A DNA stretch of 64,000 nucleotides from contig CALHYX010000050.1 in the NCBI GenBank assembly GCA_938041035.1, positions 5,512 to 69,511 of the forward strand, in the 5' to 3' direction. The first letter of the stretch is position 1. The number at the start of each line of letters is the position of its first letter. Origin of the DNA: an uncultured Acidimicrobiales bacterium (GTDB taxonomy: Bacteria; Actinomycetota; Acidimicrobiia; Acidimicrobiales; SHLQ01). Below are positions 39,859-48,312 of the stretch, piece by piece. The notes beneath the pieces were generated by a model. That model was not told where the DNA came from and did no database searches. It worked only from the letters and a program-made list of their open reading frames with translations. Both the position numbers and the translations under genes were made by a program.

Positions 39859-40071
39859 TCAGCTGACGGGGTCGAGGTCGTCGGTCGGGCGACGGTTCGA
39901 CGGATGCTGCCGCTTGGCTCGCCGGAGCCGGTATTCATCGAGCGCTACTACCGCCGCCAGCGGAGTCTCGGCATCGTGGTCTCGGCGATCGGCGAGCCGG
40001 GTGATCAGCGTGCGTTCAAGCGCGTCCGCATTCGACCCTTCGTCAACCGGGGGTTCATCCGACGTATCCAC
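39859..40071 (-). CDS. Small hypothetical protein (70 aa)
   Basis: ORF with a GTG start and moderately high GC3, located 51 nt downstream of the GNAT gene. No motif recognised. Confidence 0.3.
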   Translation of the reverse strand: MDTSDEPPVDEGSNADALERTLITRLADRRDHDAETPLAAVVALDEYRLRRAKRQHPSNRRPTDDLDPVS

Positions 40072-40122
40072 CCTCTGCCATTCGGCGAGGCGGCGCCGAT
40101 CATAAGGGGTCAGCCAAACCGG

Positions 40123-40698
40123 TCAGAGGTAGCGGGGCGGCGCGGCCGTGCGGAGCCGGGAGTCATCGGTGGCCAGCACCGCGTACAGCTCGCTGTCGCG
40201 CCATTCCTCACCGATCATCATGTCGTGGCGCAGTGACCCTTCGTACCGCATGCCAAGCTTGCGCAGCACCCGAGCCGACGCGGTGTTCTCCGCATCACAC
40301 ACCGCCCAGATCCGGTGCAGGGCAATGTCGTCGAACCCAAAGTCGACCATCAGCGCCGCGGCCTCGGTCGCATAACCCCTGCCCCACCGGTCGGCGCGCA
40401 GAAGATACCCGAGCTCGCCCCGGCGGTGCCGTCGACTGTCGATCGTCAGGCCGACAACGCCCACGACATGACCGGTCGCCAACTCCTCGATGGCGAGGTT
40501 GTAGATATTGCGAGGTTCCCGGGCGGCCTCGCCGAGCAACGTCGCCACGTAGTCCTCGTTGGCGGGCGCATCCATCGGCCCGAGCGGAACGAATTGCACC
40601 GCGGCAACGTCGCCGGTCCAGGCGAGGGTCGCAGCCGCGTCGCCGCTGGTGAACTCCCGCAGCTTCAGCCGCTCCCCCGAGATCTCTACGGGGAACAT
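40123..40698 (-). CDS. GNAT family N-acetyltransferase (RimJ/RimL-like)
   Basis: ATG 40698 (MFPVEISGERLKLREF...). The acetyl-CoA binding region reads RGELGYLLRADRWGRGYATEAA. Confidence 0.85.
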   Translation of the reverse strand: MFPVEISGERLKLREFTSGDAAATLAWTGDVAAVQFVPLGPMDAPANEDYVATLLGEAAREPRNIYNLAIEELATGHVVGVVGLTIDSRRHRRGELGYLLRADRWGRGYATEAAALMVDFGFDDIALHRIWAVCDAENTASARVLRKLGMRYEGSLRHDMMIGEEWRDSELYAVLATDDSRLRTAAPPRYL

Positions 40699-40739
40699 GG
40701 AGCCAGTATGGGAGGTGATCCGCTCACCGACCCAACCGG

Positions 40740-41612
40740 TCAGCGTGCGAGTTGGGCGACGAGTACCAGCTGTTCGGTGGTGAAGCCGCCGCCGACCCGG
40801 GATTGCGAACTCGACCCGACCAGCCACGCCGCCACCGCTTCGGCGAAGTCGCCGGCCATCGTGTCGAAGTCATAGGTCTGGCCCGATGGCCACCACGGCA
40901 CCGAGTTCGGGGCACCGCGAGCGGCGCGCCAGGCATCGCGATCGGCCTGCGAGTTCAACTCGAGGTCGATGACGTGCCCGAGTTCATGGGCAAACACGCG
41001 GGCGACCGATCCGGGGGTGTCATCGCTGCGCACGTACAGCTCAACCCGGTTGGTATCGGGGAAGGTGAGGGCCCGCACGCCTTCGCGGCCGGGCATGACC
41101 ACGACGGTCCAGTTCGGAAAGGCCGCCGACCAGTTGTAGGGGACCCGAGCGATGCCGGCCTGACCGACCGACAGGTACCGAGGCGCGGCGGTCGTCGTCG
41201 TGGGCAGCGACGGAGGCACGGTCGGGAGGGTCTGCGGGATCCGTTCAACCGGCAGGGTGGGCGCCGGATCGGCCAACGAGGTGGGGACGGTCGGCACCGT
41301 GTACACGGGAGGCAGGGTGGGCACGGGAGGCAGGGTGACCGGCACCGCCGTCGGGGGCGGCGCCAGCGAACTCGGAATCGTCGGTGCCGCCTCTGCATCG
41401 GCCCCCGCATCGGGCGGCGCCACGGGCGACGGGGTGGCCTCGGCCGGCTCCGATTCGGCGATCTCCACCACACCGAGTACCTCCGCCCCCGGAGTCGATG
41501 CGGTGGAGAACAACGCCGGATCAGAGCCAGCCAGTTCTCGAATGCCCACGGCCACTACCCCGCAAGCGAAAAGAAGGAGAAGGGTGAGTTTCCCCAACCA
41601 CGTCAGCGCCAC
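40740..41612 (-). CDS. Membrane-anchored, Pro-rich protein with a HExxH motif. Putative zinc metallopeptidase.
   Basis: Has an N-terminal TM segment (LGKLTLLLLFACGVVAV), a long P/T/A-rich linker and a C-terminal FAHELGHVID. Confidence 0.6.
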   Translation of the reverse strand: MALTWLGKLTLLLLFACGVVAVGIRELAGSDPALFSTASTPGAEVLGVVEIAESEPAEATPSPVAPPDAGADAEAAPTIPSSLAPPPTAVPVTLPPVPTLPPVYTVPTVPTSLADPAPTLPVERIPQTLPTVPPSLPTTTTAAPRYLSVGQAGIARVPYNWSAAFPNWTVVVMPGREGVRALTFPDTNRVELYVRSDDTPGSVARVFAHELGHVIDLELNSQADRDAWRAARGAPNSVPWWPSGQTYDFDTMAGDFAEAVAAWLVGSSSQSRVGGGFTTEQLVLVAQLAR

Positions 41613-41719
41613 TCATGTACTTTAAATGCTTTTCGATGCATTGAACAATAGGTCGATCGGCTGCGGGTCGGGCCGAAGCGTTTGGACGAGCCGGCCACCG
41701 CCGCTACTAGGGTTTCGCG

Positions 41720-42742
41720 ATGAACTTCGACACCGCCCTGCTCTGCCCACTCGACCAGGCCGCGGATCGGGCCCAGGCACTCGAGGCCGCCGGCTTCGAC
41801 GGGGTATTCACCTTTGAGGGCAACAGCGATGTGTTCTTCCCGCTGGTCGCCGCCGGCCAGGCCACCGACCTCGCCCTCGCCACCAACGTCGCGGTGGCGT
41901 TTCCCCGCAGCCCCATGCACCTCGCCTACCAGGCATGGGATCTACAGCGGCTGTCTCGCGGCCGCTTCGTGCTGGGCCTCGGCACCCAGATCCGCCCCCA
42001 CGTCGAGCGGCGCTACTCGGCGATTTGGGGAAAGCCGGTCGGCCATATGCGAGACCTGGTCGAGGCCATTCGAGCCATCTTTGCCTGCTGGCACGACGGA
42101 GCCCGACTCGACCTGCACAACGAGTACTACGACCTCGACCTCATGACGCCGATCTTTGAGCCGGGCGCCCTCGAATGGGGCCCGCCACCGATCTGGCTCG
42201 GCGCCCTCGGCCCCAACATGACCGCTCTCGCCGGCGAGGTCGCCGACGGCGTGTGGATCCACCCGTTCTCGACCTCGACGTTCGTGCGGGAACACACCAT
42301 CCCCAACCTCGCTCGGGGCGCGGAGCGGGCCGGACGGACGAGCGCCGACGTCGACCTCGGCATCTTGTCGATGGTCGGGGTCTACCGCGACGACGCCGAA
42401 CGGCAGGCGGCCGAGCAGGGTTGCCGCTTCAACCTCGCGTTCTACGGGTCGACCCCCGCCTACCGCGTGACCCTCGAGGCGCACGGATGGGGACACCTGC
42501 AGCCGGAGTTGCGGGCGATGACCAAAGCCAACCGCTGGGACGAACTCGGCACCCTCATCGACGACGAGGTACTCCACACGATCGCGGTGCTCGGTACGCC
42601 GGATGAGGTCGCCGGCCAACTCCACGAACGCTATGGCGACCTCGCCACCCGGCTCGGGTTCTCACTCCCCTACGGCGCGGGCGACGACCTGCTGGCCGAT
42701 CTGGTCGGTGCCTGCCACCAGACGTTCAACCCGCAGGACTGA
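41720..42742 (+). CDS. LLM-class (luciferase-like), probably F420-dependent oxidoreductase
   Basis: 340-aa protein of the luciferase-like monooxygenase family. Confidence 0.85.
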   Translation: MNFDTALLCPLDQAADRAQALEAAGFDGVFTFEGNSDVFFPLVAAGQATDLALATNVAVAFPRSPMHLAYQAWDLQRLSRGRFVLGLGTQIRPHVERRYSAIWGKPVGHMRDLVEAIRAIFACWHDGARLDLHNEYYDLDLMTPIFEPGALEWGPPPIWLGALGPNMTALAGEVADGVWIHPFSTSTFVREHTIPNLARGAERAGRTSADVDLGILSMVGVYRDDAERQAAEQGCRFNLAFYGSTPAYRVTLEAHGWGHLQPELRAMTKANRWDELGTLIDDEVLHTIAVLGTPDEVAGQLHERYGDLATRLGFSLPYGAGDDLLADLVGACHQTFNPQD

Positions 42743-44987
42743 GCGTCACCGGTATCGCGTTGAGTTCGGCGTTGCCCGACAGCGGGTCGACCGGCTCGGG
42801 ATCGGTCAACAGGTTGCTGTTCACGCCGGCGTGAGCGGCCGCGATCGACAACCGGGCGCCTTTGCGATCGTGGCCCCACCCATGGGGCAGGCTCACGACG
42901 CCGGGCCGGATCGTGTCGGCGATCTCCACCGGCACCGCGACCGTGCCCACCGCGGAACTCACCGTGGCGGTCGCTCCGTCGCGGAGGCCCAGCGTGGCCG
43001 CGTCGGACGGATTCACCAGCAGCGTGCATCGCGGCTTGCCCTTCACCAACACGCGAACGTTGTGCATCCAGGAGTTGTTCGACCGGACGTGACGTCGGCC
43101 GACCAGGAGGTACTCCCCGTCGCGATCGCGTTCGAGATCGGCGACGAGACGACCGAGATCCGCCGCGATCGGCTCGGGAACGATGGGGATGCGCCCATCG
43201 GGGGTGCGCAGAATTTCGGGGATGCGCGGGCCGAGAGGCCCCAGGTCAACCCCGTGCGGATTGGCGGCCAGGTAGTCGAGCGACAGCCCATCGGGCACCG
43301 CGCCGAACCTATCCCCGTACTCGCCCGCCCGGATCAACACGTCGAGCACCTGGTCGGCGCCACTGCGACCAACCGTGGTGAGCTCGCCCCGAAGCTCCTC
43401 CACCGGCCGGTCGAGCGCCCGGGCGGCCCGTTCGAGTTGGAAGGCGAGGGTGGCCTCGGCGACGGCCCACGGATCACCGTCGGGTCCTTCCCCACCGAGC
43501 AACAGCGTGAGCCGAGCCAGGATTTCCCATTCGGCCGGGCCGTGGGCCTCCACGGTCGGCGGGCTCCATTTGGCGACGTTGCGCACCGAAAGGGTCGTGA
43601 AGGCGACGTCGTAGTGGCTGCGGGCGAGGGGGCCTGGGGGCGGCAGGATCACGTGGGCGTGCCGGGTGGTTTCGTTGAGCCACGGGTCGACGCTGACCAG
43701 AAGGTCGAGTTGCGCGAGGGCGTCGTCGATCGCACCGGCGTCGGGACACGACAGGACTGGGTTGCCGGCCACGGTGAACAACGCTCGGATCTGGCCATCG
43801 CCCGGCGTGGTGATCTCCTCGGCCAGGGCGGCCGCGGGGAACTCGGCCCGGACCTCGGGCAGCCCGCGCACCCGGCTGGCCCACCGCCCGGTCACGAAAC
43901 CCCGACCCGACCCCGAACCGCGCCGGGCGTGGGCGGCCAGCGGGAACATGGCGCCGCCCGGCCGATCCAGGTTGCCGGTGACCAGGTTGAGAAGCTCGGT
44001 GGCCCACGAGGCCAACGTGCCAAAGCGGGTCGTGTGGGCACCGATGCGGGCGTACACCGCCGCGCTCGGCGCCGCGGCCAGGTCTGCGGCCAGGCTGCGG
44101 ATGGTGCCGGCGTCGATGCCGGTGACCGGGGCGACCGCGTCGGCGGTGAACGGGGCGAGGTGGCCGGCCAGTTCGTCGAATCCGTCGCAGTGTTCGGCCA
44201 GAGTCCCGAGATCGGCGGCGCCCGACGACACGACCTCATGGGTTAGAGCGAGGAGGAAATGAGCGTCGGTTCCCGGCCGAATCGCGAGATGGTCGGTCGC
44301 CAGAGCGGCGGTTCGGGTGAAGTTGGGGTCGACACAGACGAACCGGCCCCCGCGATCCACGATGGCCTTCAGCCGACCGGGAAAGTCCGGCGCCGTGCAC
44401 AGGCTGCCGTTGGACTCGACCGGGTTCGCCCCGAGCATCAGGAGGAAGTCGGTGCGGTCGAGGTCGGGCACGGGGATGATGTCGGGCGAGCCGAACAGCA
44501 TCCCGCTCGACACGTGCTTGGGCATCTGGTCGACCGTGGAGGCCGAGAACAGGTTCGTACTCCCGAGCGCCCGCAGCAGGGGCGGCAGAAAGAAGGAGGA
44601 CTCGTGGTTGTGGGCGTTCGGGTTGCCGACATAGGCGCCGAGGGCCTGGCGGCCGTGGGTGTCGACGACCTCGGTCAGACGACGTTCGATCTCGGCGAAG
44701 GCCTCGTCCCAGCTCACCTCCTCCCAGGTCGCGGTCGCGGGGTCATCGCCCCGGCGAATGACGGGGCCGGCCAGCCGATCCGGGTCGTCGTGCAGCGCAC
44801 CGATCGCCGAGCCCTTGGGACACAGAAAACCCTTGCTGAACGGGTCATCGCGGTCACCGCGAATCAACCACTCGTCGCCCCGCTTGCCGATCTCGAGCCC
44901 GCAGGTGGCCTCACACAGCGGGCAGGTGCGGTGGCCGAGCACGATGTGCTCGGGTTTGGTCGACGGGTCCCCGGAGGTCGTTGCCAT
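42726..44987 (-). CDS. Molybdopterin-dependent oxidoreductase (formate dehydrogenase / BisC superfamily)
   Basis: 753 aa. Has the N-terminal 4Fe-4S motif CPLCEATCGL...CPKG and molybdopterin-binding domains. Confidence 0.9.
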   Translation of the reverse strand: MATTSGDPSTKPEHIVLGHRTCPLCEATCGLEIGKRGDEWLIRGDRDDPFSKGFLCPKGSAIGALHDDPDRLAGPVIRRGDDPATATWEEVSWDEAFAEIERRLTEVVDTHGRQALGAYVGNPNAHNHESSFFLPPLLRALGSTNLFSASTVDQMPKHVSSGMLFGSPDIIPVPDLDRTDFLLMLGANPVESNGSLCTAPDFPGRLKAIVDRGGRFVCVDPNFTRTAALATDHLAIRPGTDAHFLLALTHEVVSSGAADLGTLAEHCDGFDELAGHLAPFTADAVAPVTGIDAGTIRSLAADLAAAPSAAVYARIGAHTTRFGTLASWATELLNLVTGNLDRPGGAMFPLAAHARRGSGSGRGFVTGRWASRVRGLPEVRAEFPAAALAEEITTPGDGQIRALFTVAGNPVLSCPDAGAIDDALAQLDLLVSVDPWLNETTRHAHVILPPPGPLARSHYDVAFTTLSVRNVAKWSPPTVEAHGPAEWEILARLTLLLGGEGPDGDPWAVAEATLAFQLERAARALDRPVEELRGELTTVGRSGADQVLDVLIRAGEYGDRFGAVPDGLSLDYLAANPHGVDLGPLGPRIPEILRTPDGRIPIVPEPIAADLGRLVADLERDRDGEYLLVGRRHVRSNNSWMHNVRVLVKGKPRCTLLVNPSDAATLGLRDGATATVSSAVGTVAVPVEIADTIRPGVVSLPHGWGHDRKGARLSIAAAHAGVNSNLLTDPEPVDPLSGNAELNAIPVTLSPAG

Positions 44988-45032
44988 TCGGGGAGTCTCG
45001 CACGCATCACCGACGGCTTCGACCCGAACCGC

Positions 45033-46355
45033 CTAGGAGGATGCGGGTAGGTACCGGTCGAGATTGCGGTGCAGGTTGATGATCCGGCATTCCTCGCCCG
45101 AGAGCGAGAGGTGGGTGAACCCGGGCTGATGCAGCCCTCGCTGGGCCTGCTCGATGTTGTCGACGTCCTGGTTGAGCACCAGACCGAGGTCGACATCACC
45201 TTTGGCCATCGTCACCGTGGGTGGGATGGTGCCGGCGGGAGCGCCCGGTTCGGCCCGGGTGAACGCCATGACGTCCATGAAGCACTGGTCGGGGGTGGGC
45301 CCGGGGCGAGACTTCACGATCTGCAACATGTCGGCGAAGACGAGCACGGTCACGTTCGGGAACACGTTGTACTGCGAAAGGTCCATCAGGTGTTCGGTGG
45401 CGAACAGCGAAAGGTCCACCCCGGTGGTTTCGAGGGTGTGCTCCCGAATTCGATCGGCGAGCACGTCGCGCAGGGTCGATCCGTCGGGGATCTCGGGGCA
45501 CGGCCCGGCGTCGGCGACCTCGCGCACGCCGAGTCGACCGCCCATGATCTCGACGAAGCCTTCCCAGACGGTTTGACGATCGACATCGCGCAACCTCGGA
45601 CTGGGCAATCCGTACGGTTGGAGGAGTTTGCCCACGTGGCCATCGCCCTCGTCGGCCCAGATGACCTGCGGGGAGTTGACGTCGTCCACCATCGGCAGCA
45701 TCTCGCGGTGGATGCCCTGCACGTGGTACGTCTCGCTGAACCCGTCGATCAACGTCTTCCAGTTGCAGCGCAACGCAGTGGTGAGCAGGGCGGAGCACCG
45801 GAAGTCGTCGACCATCGCCCAGGCCGAGTCCTCCGGTAGCGGTGCTAGGTGCTGGGCGAGCGACTCGGCATCGGGGTCGAGGTTGACCCAGACGGTCGGG
45901 CCCCACACGTCGACGCTGGCTTCGATCAGCGGGTAGTCGTCGTTTCGCAGCGTGCCGAACCCCTTCCGGGACGGCACCTCCCGCAGCCGCCCGTCGAGCG
46001 TCCAGGACCAGCGATGGAAACCGCACCGCAGCTCGGTGAGCCCGCCGCCGCTTCCCGAGCAGAGTTCGTTGCCACGGTGCAGGCACACGTTCTGAAAGGC
46101 GCGCAGCTCGCCGTCGGTGTCGCGCACGATGAGCACCGACAGGGCGCCGACCTCATAGACGAAGTAGTCACCCGGTCGAGCGACGTGGTCGAGACTGCAC
46201 GCAATCTGCCAGACGCGCGGCCACAGTTCCTCGGCCTCGCGCGCCGCATAGTCGGCGCTGATGTAGCGGTCGGCGTCGATGCGAACGGGAGCGTCGACCC
46301 GCCCCACCGACGAGATGGTCGAACCGGCGGCATTCTCGTCGGTGGTGGCGGTCAT
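45033..46355 (-). CDS. Rieske non-heme iron oxygenase alpha subunit (GbcA / choline monooxygenase-like size class)
   Basis: Has the Rieske motif CLHRGNELC...CGFHRW and the mononuclear iron motif DGFSETYHVQGIH. Confidence 0.9.
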   Translation of the reverse strand: MTATTDENAAGSTISSVGRVDAPVRIDADRYISADYAAREAEELWPRVWQIACSLDHVARPGDYFVYEVGALSVLIVRDTDGELRAFQNVCLHRGNELCSGSGGGLTELRCGFHRWSWTLDGRLREVPSRKGFGTLRNDDYPLIEASVDVWGPTVWVNLDPDAESLAQHLAPLPEDSAWAMVDDFRCSALLTTALRCNWKTLIDGFSETYHVQGIHREMLPMVDDVNSPQVIWADEGDGHVGKLLQPYGLPSPRLRDVDRQTVWEGFVEIMGGRLGVREVADAGPCPEIPDGSTLRDVLADRIREHTLETTGVDLSLFATEHLMDLSQYNVFPNVTVLVFADMLQIVKSRPGPTPDQCFMDVMAFTRAEPGAPAGTIPPTVTMAKGDVDLGLVLNQDVDNIEQAQRGLHQPGFTHLSLSGEECRIINLHRNLDRYLPASS

Positions 46356-46358
46356 CGT

Positions 46359-46715
46359 TCAGCCCAGGAACTCCGCGATGCGGTCCTTGGGCCGCCCGAT
46401 GATCGCCTTCTTACCCTTCACCACGATCGGCCGCTGAAGCAGAGCCTTCTTCTCGACCAGCAGGTCGACCACCGCTTCGGGGTTCCCGACGTAGTCGTCG
46501 GGGTTGAGTTCGAGCTTCTTGAACTTGGAGTCCTTGCGGACGAGATCCTCGACCGGGTCCTCGATGATCTTCACCAGGTTCTCGAGCGCCGCCCGGTCCG
46601 GCGGCTCCTTCATGTACAACACGACCTCGGCATCGACTCCCAGATCCTCGGCGACCGCCAAGGCGTTCTTGGAACTGCCTCAATGGGGGTTGTGGTAGAT
46701 GGTGACCTTGGCCAC
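46359..46715 (-). CDS. arsC: ArsC-family arsenate reductase (glutaredoxin-type fold) with an in-frame TGA (46680-46682) at the catalytic Cys position. Candidate selenoprotein; the alternative is a pseudogene.
   Basis: GTG 46715 is preceded by GGAG. Translation gives VAKVTIYHNPH-TGA-GSSKNALAVAEDLG..., continuing in the same frame as the 100-aa track ORF. It aligns with R773 ArsC ITIYHNPACGTSRNTL, and the total of 118 codons is typical for the family. Confidence 0.6.
46646..46663 (-). ncRNA. SECIS-like mRNA hairpin downstream of the in-frame UGA
   Basis: CCUUGGC-GGUC-GCCGAGG forms a 7-bp stem with one G-U pair. It starts 17 nt after the UGA and has a GU-containing tetraloop. GGCA directly after the UGA can also pair with UGCC further downstream. 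Confidence 0.4.
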
Positions 46716-46737
46716 GGTGTTCTCCGTCCTGTGGGGA

Positions 46738-48294
46738 TTAGTCGCGCTCGAACGGAACGCTTGCGAACCGTTCCTGAAGCACGTTCTTGGTGATCTTGCC
46801 AGATGGATTGCGCGGGATCGCATCCACGATCTCGAGCTGTTCGGGCATGGCGACCTTACGCAACCCCGCCTCGACGAGGAAGGCGCTCATCGTGGCCGCG
46901 TCGAGCGGCTCGGCGCCCTCGGCGGTCGCCACGACGGCGCACGCCCGCTCGCCAGTGCGGGAGTCGGGCAAGCCGATAACCGCAACGTCCTGGACCGAGG
47001 GGTGGGCGAACAACAGGTCCTCGACCTCCTTGGCCGAGATGTTCTCGCCGTTGCGAATGATGACGTCTTTGAGGCGCCCGGTGATCACGACGAATCCGTC
47101 GGCATCGATCGTGCCGAGGTCGCCGGTGCGGAAGTACCCGTTCTCATCGAACGCCGCCTCGTCGAGGGAGGCGTCGAGATAGCCGAGCATCATCTGCGGG
47201 GCCTTGGCCCGCAGTTCGCCTTCGACACCGGCGGCGACGATGTTGCCGGCGGCGTCGACCGCGATCAGCTCGACCCCCGGCATCGCCCGACCCTCAGAGG
47301 TGGCGAGCTTGTCGTCGGGGTCGTTCTGGTCACCCATGGTCAGGATCGGCGCTTCGGTGAGACCCCAACCCGAAACCACGCCGGCGCCTCCGAGTTCTGC
47401 TTTGACCTCGGCGTGCAGCGTGATGGGCTTGGGTGCCCCGCCGCCGGGGAAGTTCTTGACGTTGGGGAAGATCGGGGTGTCGGGGTTCTCCCGCTGGTGG
47501 GCGAGGTACACCATGTGGAACGGTGTCCCCGACCCCGGGTGGGTGCACTTTTCGTCGATCAACAGCGGCATCGTCGTCGGCGGGTTGAATGCCTCGTCAC
47601 ACAGCAGCGCACAACCCACCTGCAGCGCGGTGAACAGCCAGGTGATGCCACCGATGTGGGGGAACGGAAACACCAGGGCGGGGCGGTCGCCCTCGACCAC
47701 GTCGAGCCGGGTCCCCATGGCGTCGGCGACGGCATCGATCGAAGAGTCGGTGTGCCGGGCGCCTTTGGGGTCAGCCGTCGTGCCGGAGGTGTAGAAGTAC
47801 CACCGGACATCGGTGCCGTCGCCGGCGGGCGCGGCGGGCAACGTCGCGGGGTCACCGGTCGGGAACGCTCCCGGCGCCACCTCGATCGCGGTCAGACCAT
47901 CGATGTCGGCGGCCAACCCGCGCGCCATCTCACCGAAGTCGAATCCGCGAAATTCACCGGGGGTGAGCAGGAACTTTGCCTTGGCCTGACGACAGCAGAA
48001 GCCAACCTCGCGTTCGCGGTAGATCGCGATGATGGGATTCTGCAACGCACCGAGCCGGGCGAGGGCTCCGGTGAGCACGACCGTGTCGATCCACGTCGGC
48101 AGCTCCCAGGCGACGACATCGCCCTCACCGACCCCGAGGTCGTGGAGCCCGGCCGCCATGGCTTCGGCCGCAACGCGGTACTCGCCGAAGGTCATCCGAG
48201 CGCCGACCTGGTCGACCATCATCTCGGCATCGGGTGAGGCATCAGCGCGAGCCTCGATGAGCCCCCATAGCGTTGCCGCGGTCACGTCGGTCAT
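46738..48294 (-). CDS. AMP-dependent acyl-CoA synthetase/ligase
   Basis: Has the AMP-binding motif YTSGTTADPKGA and the GWGLTE and TGDLG motifs. GGGGGAG lies upstream of the ATG. Confidence 0.9.
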   Translation of the reverse strand: MTDVTAATLWGLIEARADASPDAEMMVDQVGARMTFGEYRVAAEAMAAGLHDLGVGEGDVVAWELPTWIDTVVLTGALARLGALQNPIIAIYREREVGFCCRQAKAKFLLTPGEFRGFDFGEMARGLAADIDGLTAIEVAPGAFPTGDPATLPAAPAGDGTDVRWYFYTSGTTADPKGARHTDSSIDAVADAMGTRLDVVEGDRPALVFPFPHIGGITWLFTALQVGCALLCDEAFNPPTTMPLLIDEKCTHPGSGTPFHMVYLAHQRENPDTPIFPNVKNFPGGGAPKPITLHAEVKAELGGAGVVSGWGLTEAPILTMGDQNDPDDKLATSEGRAMPGVELIAVDAAGNIVAAGVEGELRAKAPQMMLGYLDASLDEAAFDENGYFRTGDLGTIDADGFVVITGRLKDVIIRNGENISAKEVEDLLFAHPSVQDVAVIGLPDSRTGERACAVVATAEGAEPLDAATMSAFLVEAGLRKVAMPEQLEIVDAIPRNPSGKITKNVLQERFASVPFERD

Positions 48295-48312
48295 GTCTCC
48301 CCCTCAACCTTC

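Noticed and set aside
39859-40698. GNAT acetyltransferase plus adjacent small ORF as a GNAT-type toxin-antitoxin pair (TacT/AtaT-like)
   Set aside because: The GNAT is a RimJ/RimL-like 191-aa enzyme. The small ORF lies downstream rather than upstream and shows no RHH/DUF1778-like features. There is no overlap or tight coupling (51-nt gap).
42726-46355. Molybdopterin oxidoreductase plus Rieske protein next to ArsC as an arsenite oxidase (AioAB) system
   Set aside because: The Rieske protein is a 440-aa oxygenase alpha subunit with a mononuclear-iron motif and no Tat signal. It is not the ~175-aa AioB type. The gene order and the sequence of the Mo enzyme's N-terminal cluster motif do not resemble AioA as I remember it.
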